Source of the DNA: a virus
UHGV virus genome: UHGV-0044052
Strand: one strand, 5' to 3'
DNA length: 11,474 bases
This document shows positions 5,783-11,474 of the stretch, one piece after another. How positions within the stretch are numbered: position 1 is the first letter of the stretch; each line of letters begins with the position of its first letter. Position numbers and translations under genes: made by a program. The notes under the pieces are model-generated. The model saw only the letters and a list, made by a program, of their open reading frames with translations. It did no database searches and was not told where the DNA came from.

Positions 5783-7537
5783 TTATAAAAACGCGTCGCA
5801 ATCGTCTGTTGTTATTGCGTTAGTCTGCGTTACTCCTTTAACTTTCCGCGTAATATATTCATGTCCGTAAACTTTCGCGGCTGGCTTCATAGCCTTGCCA
5901 AAGTCATTTACGTTTAGCGGTTTGCTCCTGCCTGCGTACGCCATAAACGCCAGATAGACGCGGTAAAGGCTGTTTCTGGTCGTGTACTTCACTGAATCGC
6001 CACCGCCGCCCATCATCAGGCCGCGTGCTTCCTCCAGAAAATTCAGGAACTGGCAAAACTCAATAACCGGATCCGTCTGTTGCTTTATTGCCAGTGCTTC
6101 ATCACCGTCACGCTGTTCAATGAGTAAAGCCCGTGCCTTTTCAGGGTCGGCAAAGTTCGCCAGCAAGCGGCGGATAATGACAGGGATTTCAGCCGCGATC
6201 TTTTCCGGTAGCTCCCTGTCTTTTTCTGCCTCGCTTACGATGTTATCGAACCGGAATATCACCCGACGACGTGCCACACCTCCGGCCCGTTCGGTGAATA
6301 TCATCGGATTGTTATTGGTTGCCAGCACCACCGCCCTGATTACCGCCGTAAAACGCTTTTCATATTTCGGGTTAATTTCCACGGGGTCGCCGCCCGTGAT
6401 TTTCTTGATGCCCGTTCCTTCGCCTGTATATTTCGGCTGGTCTGCCAGGACGATAAGACGACTCCCGACAACCTGCGCACGCCCACCAGCATCATCAAGC
6501 GATGTCATTTCAGCGCTTACCGTGTTTTGTTTCCCTGCCAGAAGGCTGGCTATGTGTGTGAATGTACTTTTACCGCTCCCGCCGTCTCCGGTGGCCTCAA
6601 TAAACATCTGCCAGTCGTACCGGTTCGCCATAATCATGTACAGCGCGGCACATATACGCATCATCTTGCGCGGGTCTTTTCCGGCTGCGTGCTCAAGCCA
6701 TTTATGAAAGTTTGGCGCGTTATCGCGGATGTTCTCCCCTGGTGCTGGTGGCGTGTACTCAATGCCGTTGTGCGTGGTGATCCAGTTCTCCGGCGTGTGC
6801 GGGGAAAATTCCCCCGTTTTCAGGTCAAGCGCACCATTGGCGAACGGCAGCAAATCGCCGGACGGCTCGCCCATTGGTTCGGCAATAACTTTTAACGCTT
6901 CCACGGCGTTATTGATTACGCGCTTGCTGAAAGTGGCCCTGTGCTCTGAATAGATCGCCACCATTTCGCGGCTAAGTTCCATTGTGCTGACCGGACACCA
7001 TACCCCGCCGCGCCATACGTGAACGATTTCACTTTCAGGATGTACGCAAACGCCATCAAAGCGATCGGCAAGCAGCTGCGCGCGCTCACTGTCCGCCATC
7101 TGCGAAAGTTGCGCCTTTTGCTTTACCGGAAGCTCAATGACCAGACCATCAGAAAGATTCTGGCGCTCACGGGCCAGATATTCGCGCCAGTTCTCCACCT
7201 TCTGACCGTGCATACCATCAGGGTAAAAATTTGCATCCTGTACGCCTGCCGCCGCCAGCTTCTGACCAATCGCCTTTATCATTACTGGCGCAAGATATCC
7301 GGCCCTGAATATGCGCACGGATTTTCTGCCTTCCGGCACAATTTGCAGCTTATCCAGTTCTGATAACTGCTGCTCCCCAAGCCACACAGGAGGCTCATTA
7401 TCTCCGGCCATACGCGCATCATGTTCCTGCCATTGTTTCGCGTGTGCCCAGGCATCACTACCCGCAAAAATAATGACTTCTGTTCCTTTGTGTTTTATGC
7501 CGCGTGACTGCTGTTTTACGTTCGGTGCCAGTTTCAT
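5783..7537 (-). CDS. Replication primase/helicase (P4 alpha / D5-like, SF3 helicase domain)
   Basis: 584-aa product with Walker A GDGGSGKST in the central region and a C-terminal region plausibly DNA-binding. SD AGGGGT upstream. Start overlaps the preceding ORF stop (ATGA). Domain assignment is from motifs only. Confidence 0.8.
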   Translation of the reverse strand: MKLAPNVKQQSRGIKHKGTEVIIFAGSDAWAHAKQWQEHDARMAGDNEPPVWLGEQQLSELDKLQIVPEGRKSVRIFRAGYLAPVMIKAIGQKLAAAGVQDANFYPDGMHGQKVENWREYLARERQNLSDGLVIELPVKQKAQLSQMADSERAQLLADRFDGVCVHPESEIVHVWRGGVWCPVSTMELSREMVAIYSEHRATFSKRVINNAVEALKVIAEPMGEPSGDLLPFANGALDLKTGEFSPHTPENWITTHNGIEYTPPAPGENIRDNAPNFHKWLEHAAGKDPRKMMRICAALYMIMANRYDWQMFIEATGDGGSGKSTFTHIASLLAGKQNTVSAEMTSLDDAGGRAQVVGSRLIVLADQPKYTGEGTGIKKITGGDPVEINPKYEKRFTAVIRAVVLATNNNPMIFTERAGGVARRRVIFRFDNIVSEAEKDRELPEKIAAEIPVIIRRLLANFADPEKARALLIEQRDGDEALAIKQQTDPVIEFCQFLNFLEEARGLMMGGGGDSVKYTTRNSLYRVYLAFMAYAGRSKPLNVNDFGKAMKPAAKVYGHEYITRKVKGVTQTNAITTDDCDAFL

Positions 7538-7833
7538 TTTTTACCCCTGAATCCGTTAATCATGGTTTTCAGCTTCTGGATGTTTGCCCGTGCCCTGGCG
7601 TTGCTGGTGGGCACGTTATGCGGCGCGGTCTGTACCAGAGAAAAATCACGCCGGAACTGATAAACAGGCATCACGCAATCATATTCGTAACCTTCACGGC
7701 GGTAAGTTACGCACCGTCCCGCCACGCCCTTAATCATTACCGTGCCGCCGTACTGGTCGCGGTAAATATCGCCGCGCGTAAATTTAGGGTGAGTGTTGCC
7801 ACTGGCAGTTAAGCCAGAATATTTAAGTTTCAT
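7534..7833 (-). CDS. Hypothetical protein (99 aa), early operon gene 6
   Basis: ORF with SD GGAGAA upstream, stop overlapping the primase start (ATGA). Basic C-terminus. No recognisable family. Confidence 0.55.
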   Translation of the reverse strand: MKLKYSGLTASGNTHPKFTRGDIYRDQYGGTVMIKGVAGRCVTYRREGYEYDCVMPVYQFRRDFSLVQTAPHNVPTSNARARANIQKLKTMINGFRGKK

Positions 7834-7838
7834 TATTT

Positions 7839-8072
7839 TTATTCTCCGGTGTGCTGTTCTTTATATCTATCGTGCAATAGATCTATTTCTTGCAGTTCCA
7901 TTATTACAGGCTCAAGAAGCGTTATTAATGCCGTGGCAATTCTTGATTTTTGTTTGTCGCGTTCATTGTCGCCAAGTGTTTCAAGCCATATGCGCAATAT
8001 TTCCAGCATGTTTTCACTGTGAGAAAGTGCAAGAAATGCGCGGTCTATTGTTTCGTGGTAAATATCACGCAT
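7839..8072 (-). CDS. Hypothetical small acidic protein (77 aa), early operon gene 5
   Basis: ORF with SD ACGGGGA upstream. Upstream gene stop TAA lies 1 nt before its ATG. Acid-rich, predicted helical by eye. Confidence 0.55.
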   Translation of the reverse strand: MRDIYHETIDRAFLALSHSENMLEILRIWLETLGDNERDKQKSRIATALITLLEPVIMELQEIDLLHDRYKEQHTGE

Positions 8073-8073
8073 A

Positions 8074-8295
8074 TTAATCCCCGTCCGTCGTTTTTCTTAA
8101 AATAACCTCTGTCACGAAATCAGCATAATCGGCGGCGATATTCAGTACATCAAGCCCCGTTGATTTATATTCTCTCGTGGAAAGTAAGAAAAAAGCCGCT
8201 CTAATAAGTTCTGGCATTGACGAAAGCGCATCAGCCGCATCATCAGGAACGCCGGAAAATTCCTGTTTCAGGGAATTAAAACGATCATCACGCAT
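8074..8295 (-). CDS. Hypothetical small acidic protein (73 aa), early operon gene 4
   Basis: ATG at 8295 preceded by a G-run. Overlaps the upstream ORF by 8 nt (ATGCGTGA). Asp-rich N-terminus. An alternative in-frame ATG at 8308 would give 78 aa; the ORF track's longer start at 8343 (89 aa) is not used. Confidence 0.5.
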   Translation of the reverse strand: MRDDRFNSLKQEFSGVPDDAADALSSMPELIRAAFFLLSTREYKSTGLDVLNIAADYADFVTEVILRKTTDGD

Positions 8296-8509
8296 AACCC
8301 CCCCCATTTTCACAATCAGCAACAAGAATATTTTTAGCGTCATTCAGCGACCGTGTTGCGATGTATCGGATACATTCCAGGGCGAACTGTGTCCGGTCTT
8401 TCTGTTCTTCTCCCTGCGCAAGCTCTGCAGTGCATTCAATATCGATAAGCGCGTGCATCAGCGTAGTGAGCGCGGCGGCTGCTGCGTCCGGTGTGGTTTT
8501 ATTGCACAT
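8288..8509 (-). CDS. Hypothetical small acidic protein (73 aa), early operon gene 3
   Basis: ATG at 8509 preceded by SD GGAGGGG. Overlaps the upstream ORF end by ~11 nt. The ORF track gives a longer N-terminus (start 8563) that lacks an SD. Confidence 0.5.
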   Translation of the reverse strand: MCNKTTPDAAAAALTTLMHALIDIECTAELAQGEEQKDRTQFALECIRYIATRSLNDAKNILVADCENGGGYA

Positions 8510-8729
8510 GTACCCCTCCGCATTTTTTTTCGTTAGAAATAAGCGTTCTTCTTTCCTGTTCATCGCTCAGGAATACGCAGACCTCACCGCTAAGGCGTTT
8601 AAGTAAGCCGATGATTGCCCCTGATTCGCTGTCGGTCATCATGCCAGGGTAATCCTCTGCCAGTGCGCAAATAACTTCGATTTGGTGGGCGCGTTCTGCT
8701 GCCTGTTGTAGTGTGATTTCCTGGCTCAT
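8499..8729 (-). CDS. Hypothetical small acidic protein (76 aa), early operon gene 2
   Basis: ATG at 8729 overlaps the stop of gene 1 (ATGA). Non-repetitive composition. Confidence 0.5.
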   Translation of the reverse strand: MSQEITLQQAAERAHQIEVICALAEDYPGMMTDSESGAIIGLLKRLSGEVCVFLSDEQERRTLISNEKKCGGVHVQ

Positions 8730-8926
8730 AAGCCTACCCCCTGACGAATACGGGCAGCAAATACCATCACGCAGCCAGCCGGAGATTGCTGACGCGCTTC
8801 CTGTTCGCTGGTGGCCTCGATGGTAATCACGCGCGGTTGTGCCGTGCTCAGGGCGATAAAACGCCAGATGTATTTATTCAGGTTGTACGAGTCCCGCCCT
8901 TGCGGGTGTATGGTATAATTTCTCAT
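8726..8926 (-). CDS. Hypothetical protein (66 aa), first gene of the early operon
   Basis: ATG at 8926 with SD GAGG ~6 nt upstream. Corresponds to the 3' end of the 355-aa ORF in the track, whose 5' part is low-complexity and antisense to the RHH gene and is not used. Confidence 0.45.
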   Translation of the reverse strand: MRNYTIHPQGRDSYNLNKYIWRFIALSTAQPRVITIEATSEQEARQQSPAGCVMVFAARIRQGVGL

Positions 8927-9122
8927 AGCTGCCTCGATAATCTTGCTATCGTTGGTGGTTAGAAGCCCCGTTACTGCTCCTACAGTGCGGGGTTTCGTCG
9001 TTTCTGCACCTTGCATTAACAAGGTGTAAGTAACTTTATTTATAGGTGGCTTACATGTCAATGCTTTTATGTAAGACTTTTTATGTGTATATTGTCTTAC
9101 ACTTTCATTGAGAGGATTACAG
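8927..9122. promoter_or_regulatory. Divergent promoter/operator region (genetic switch)
   Basis: Four TGTAAG / CTTACA half-sites arranged as two inverted pairs (9025-9030 / 9050-9055 and 9070-9075 / 9096-9101; the second is GTAAGAC-N16-GTCTTAC). Palindrome CCTTG-cattaa-CAAGG at 9009-9024. Candidate leftward promoter TTGACA (plus 9057-9062) - 18 bp - TAAAGT (plus 9033-9038). Candidate rightward -10 TATATT at 9088-9093. Confidence 0.6.
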
Positions 9123-9428
9123 ATGGCTACAGGTTCAAAAAACGCAAAATCACAATCACTGACAGCTCGGATCCCGCATGATGTTATTGAAGGCATGGAA
9201 TCCGTAAAACTGGACGGTGAAAGCAACGCCGGATTCATAGTAACCGCCATGCGCGGTGAAATCGCCCGCCGCCAGGCAGAAGGAAGCGGAGAAAACCCCC
9301 TGATTTCTTCGCACGATGCACTGGCGCAGGTGGAAAAACTCGGAATCAAAGCCGCCGAGGAGATCGGGCAGCTCGTCACTGTCGCACGTGAAGAACTCCA
9401 GCGCCGCAAGACCAAAGAACCAGAGTAA
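9123..9428 (+). CDS. Ribbon-helix-helix (CopG/Arc-like) DNA-binding protein, putative island repressor
   Basis: ATG at 9123 with SD GAGAGGA. N-terminal SLTARIPHDVIEGMESVKLDGESNAGFIVTAMRGEIARR fits a beta-strand / helix / helix RHH pattern. Divergent from the early operon across the operator region. Confidence 0.6.
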   Translation: MATGSKNAKSQSLTARIPHDVIEGMESVKLDGESNAGFIVTAMRGEIARRQAEGSGENPLISSHDALAQVEKLGIKAAEEIGQLVTVAREELQRRKTKEPE

Positions 9429-9485
9429 TCACCATCAGCGCCGTGGTGTAAGGTATTACGGCGCATTGCTATGCAGGACAACACA

Positions 9486-9659
9486 ATGACCGATAAAGAA
9501 TTGACCAAAACATTATCACCGGCACGGAAAAGACGGCGCAGAAAGATAGAGCATGAATCAGAAAGATTCGCGCCATGTGCTTTTGCCCTTGAGCAATTCC
9601 TTAAAGAATACAGGGAAAAGCGCTCATTGCAGGTATGGCAACGAACTGAACCAGACTGA
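9486..9659 (+). CDS. Hypothetical small basic protein (58 aa)
   Basis: ATG at 9486 with AGGA 8 nt upstream. Contains an RKRRRRK basic patch. Alternative start at 9471 as in the ORF track. Confidence 0.4.
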   Translation: MTDKELTKTLSPARKRRRRKIEHESERFAPCAFALEQFLKEYREKRSLQVWQRTEPD

Positions 9660-9753
9660 TTGCATTGCCCACCAGCCTGATAGCGGCTATCATCCCCGTG
9701 CTTATGTTTGGGATCATATACACATAAGGCGCAGCGGGTTAATTGTTCAGAAA

Positions 9754-9781
9754 GGCGGCTCCATATCGGGGCCGCTTTTTT
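9754..9781 (+). terminator. Rho-independent terminator between convergent rightward genes and alpA
   Basis: Stem GCGGC / GCCGC (9755-9759 / 9771-9775) with an ~11-nt loop, followed by tttttt (9776-9781). Confidence 0.55.
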
Positions 9782-9807
9782 CGTGTTTGTCATATCTGTG
9801 ATACCCG

Positions 9808-10014
9808 TTAAGCAGCCGTTCCGCGTGCTTCCTGTTCGCGTTCTTTCTGCCAGGCCAACACATCATCCTCATACCATCCGCGACGGCGTAAACCAACGCG
9901 AAAACCCTGCGGAAATTCTCCGGCGTTGATCATGCTTTGCAGCGTGCTGTCTGCCTTGATGTGGATAATTTTTTTTACTTCCTGGCGAAAGATAATTTTT
10001 CTGATTGCTTCCAT
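9808..10014 (-). CDS. alpA: AlpA-family transcriptional regulator / excisionase-like protein
   Basis: 68-aa product. KIIFRQEVKKIIHIKADSTLQSMINAGEFPQGFRVGLRRRGWYEDDVLAWQ matches the AlpA/Phage_AlpA HTH pattern (K..G.R.VGW.E.EV..W). Location near a P4-type integrase is typical. Confidence 0.75.
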   Translation of the reverse strand: MEAIRKIIFRQEVKKIIHIKADSTLQSMINAGEFPQGFRVGLRRRGWYEDDVLAWQKEREQEARGTAA

Positions 10015-10087
10015 CGTGATTTACCTTGTGAATCCGGTGTATTCCGGTGACAAATACGGTAAATCATCGGATATGGGTAAAAACAGT

Positions 10088-10121
10088 TCCCACCGTTTTT
10101 AAACGGTATACACCGTTTTTA
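10088..10121. promoter_or_regulatory. Palindromic operator upstream of alpA
   Basis: ACCGTTTTTAAACGGT perfect palindrome (10092-10107) plus a third CACCGTTTTTA half-site (10111-10121), within the alpA upstream region. Confidence 0.45.
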
Positions 10122-10145
10122 TATTGATGATTTGAAATGGAATTA

Positions 10146-10170
10146 TAAAAAAAGCGGCATTTCTGCCGCT
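10146..10170 (-). terminator. Rho-independent terminator after the int-proximal small ORF
   Basis: Hairpin AGCGGCA-tttc-TGCCGCT (10153-10170) followed on the minus strand by a 7-nt T-run (plus-strand aaaaaaa at 10146-10152). Confidence 0.6.
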
Positions 10171-10180
10171 TCCAGGATTG

Positions 10181-10411
10181 TTACCGCCATTTTTTGGGCC
10201 TGCCTCCGATCTTCATAGATGCCGGACGTACGACCTTATCAATACTTACCGCCAGATTTCTGGAAGCGCCACGGGATACCAGAAAATCTACTACCTGTTT
10301 TTTTGATGGGGCCGTCGTTCTGTCCTCCGGATCGTAGGTTGACCAAAATTCATGCTGAACCATCAGGGCCAGTTGCAGCCCGTCGCAATTGCATCTGATA
10401 TTTTTTTGCAT
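10181..10411 (-). CDS. Hypothetical protein (76 aa from the first ATG) between int and alpA
   Basis: ORF with its own downstream terminator. The ORF track starts 7 codons earlier at a GTG (10432). No clear SD. No recognisable family. Confidence 0.45.
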   Translation of the reverse strand: MQKNIRCNCDGLQLALMVQHEFWSTYDPEDRTTAPSKKQVVDFLVSRGASRNLAVSIDKVVRPASMKIGGRPKKWR

Positions 10412-10509
10412 CTTAACGGTTTCATGTTTCACGGCCTTGTCGTTAAATTTGATGCAATTATACGACGGTTTTACATGGTTTTCGTAGTTTTTACTGGTTT
10501 TCTGTACAG

Positions 10510-11474
10510 CTACACGGCTCGGATACCCCTTTTACCACTGGCGAGGGTTACGCCCGTCGCCGCAGCCTCGACAAATTCGCCCCACCAGCGCATCAGCACG
10601 ATGCGTTTTTCTATGTAGTTGCTCCGGTTGTATGCCCGTCTAACTTCGTTGGTGTCGACGTGGGCAAGTGCCGCCTCTATTACGTCCGGCTCGAATCCTT
10701 CCTCGTTCGCTGCTGTGCTGAATATGGCGCGTAATCCATGAGACACCAGCACGCCAGCGAATCCCATACGCCGCAATGCTGCGTTAGCTGTCTGGCTGTT
10801 CATCGGCTGCTGTGGGTCTTTCAGACTTGGGAAAACGTAATTGCGGTGGTGGCTGATTGGTTTCATGGCCTCCAGCACCGCCATAGCCTGACCGGAAAGC
10901 GGGATAACGTGATCCCTGCGCATCTTCATGCGTCCGGCAGGTATCGTCCATTGCTTCGCGTCCAGGTTGATTTCATCCCACCGCGTTGATGACGCTTCGG
11001 CGGGACGGGTTACGGTCAGTAACTGCCATTCAATCAGTAATCTGGTCTGCCGTTCTGTTGCCGATACTGATAAAGCCTGCATAAGCTCCGGCAGCTGTTC
11101 GGGGCGGATTGTTGGCATATGTTTTTTTACAGGTGAGGGAAACGCCTTACGCACATTCATAGCCGGATTGGCATCAATCAGCCCACTGTTGGCGGCGTAA
11201 TCCATTACCTCATTAACGCGCTGTAAAACCCGCTTGAGTGTTTCCAGGTTGCCGCGCTCCTTGATGGGTGTAAGCACTTCAACGAACCTTCGGGCGGTGA
11301 GGGTATCTATTGGCGTGTTGCCGATGAACGGGAATACATATTTATCCAGCGAACGCCAGATGTCTTTAATCGTGTTGGGGGCCAGATTCTGGCTGATTTT
11401 CACCTGGTACCATGCCGCCGCCACATTTTCGAACGTGTTCCCTTGTCTTCGGGCCTCTGTCTCTCTTTTTTGCC
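10510..11474 (-). CDS. int: Tyrosine integrase, P4-type (N-terminus beyond window end)
   Basis: C-terminal catalytic region with HGLRAIFSTAANEEGF...ALAHVD...VRRAYNRSNY (conserved R, H-x-x-R and Y). The reading frame stays open upstream of the listed GTG through the window edge (...TEARRQGNTFENVAAAWYQ), matching the NTFE..A..W motif of P4-family integrase N-termini. Confidence 0.9.
   Translation of the reverse strand, partial: QKRETEARRQGNTFENVAAAWYQVKISQNLAPNTIKDIWRSLDKYVFPFIGNTPIDTLTARRFVEVLTPIKERGNLETLKRVLQRVNEVMDYAANSGLIDANPAMNVRKAFPSPVKKHMPTIRPEQLPELMQALSVSATERQTRLLIEWQLLTVTRPAEASSTRWDEINLDAKQWTIPAGRMKMRRDHVIPLSGQAMAVLEAMKPISHHRNYVFPSLKDPQQPMNSQTANAALRRMGFAGVLVSHGLRAIFSTAANEEGFEPDVIEAALAHVDTNEVRRAYNRSNYIEKRIVLMRWWGEFVEAAATGVTLASGKRGIRAV

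Larger units (their letters stand above)
507..11474. mobile_element. Integrated phage-satellite / PICI-like island (partial; right end beyond window, left boundary approximate)
   Basis: Co-linear int, alpA, regulatory switch, early operon with primase and ori, ssb, and a minimal capsid/packaging module with cos sites. No portal, protease, large terminase or tail genes. Left limit is placed at the bidirectional terminator only provisionally. Confidence 0.7.

Noticed and set aside
5783-7537. Walker-A ATPase as a possible defence NTPase
   Set aside because: The motif lies in a protein in the canonical position for a satellite primase/helicase, next to an iteron origin and SSB. A replication role explains it without invoking defence.
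5982-7550. Several plus-strand ORFs (241, 122, 114, 79, 74 aa) inside the primase gene
   Set aside because: All are antisense to a long, motif-bearing primase/helicase CDS and show biased, low-complexity composition typical of shadow ORFs.
9123-9659. RHH protein plus downstream small ORF as a type II toxin-antitoxin pair
   Set aside because: The downstream 58-aa protein has no resemblance to ParE/RelE/CcdB-type toxins, and the RHH gene sits in the classic divergent-repressor position. A regulatory role is more parsimonious, though TA-like behaviour is not excluded.
8726-9793. 355-aa minus-strand ORF spanning the switch region and the RHH gene
   Set aside because: Most of it is Ser/Cys/Arg-rich low-complexity sequence antisense to the well-supported RHH gene and crosses the operator-rich intergenic region. 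Only its last 66 codons, which have their own SD and ATG, were kept as the first early-operon gene.
10352-11200. Plus-strand ORFs (88, 83, 90 aa) overlapping the integrase and the small int-proximal ORF
   Set aside because: Antisense to the well-supported integrase CDS. Composition and lack of SD argue against coding.

Overview
Nearly the whole window (about 510-11474) reads as an integrated phage-satellite / PICI-like island, all called by eye from the sequence with no database search. From right to left it carries a P4-type tyrosine integrase (5' end runs off the window), a small ORF, an AlpA-family regulator, a divergent switch region with a ribbon-helix-helix regulator, an early operon of six small translationally coupled ORFs ending in a primase/SF3-helicase, an iteron-rich origin, an SSB gene, and a late operon with lambda-E-like major capsid and lambda-D-like decoration genes. 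Left of that sits a lambda-Nu1-like small terminase gene bracketed by two inverted lambda-type cos sites (cosN GGGCGGCGACCT at 1441-1452 and, on the other strand, 2308-2319), with a third degenerate cos relic near 4600-4760. No portal, protease, large terminase or tail genes are present in the window, so the element would need a lambdoid helper for those. The most unusual features are the capsid-plus-TerS-only packaging module, the inverted cos pair, and the block of small acidic ORFs upstream of the primase. The leftmost ~500 bp look like a frame-broken outer-membrane beta-barrel gene remnant followed by a bidirectional terminator, probably flanking DNA. Whether this island type is already described (for example among Gram-negative PICIs) cannot be decided without a search.
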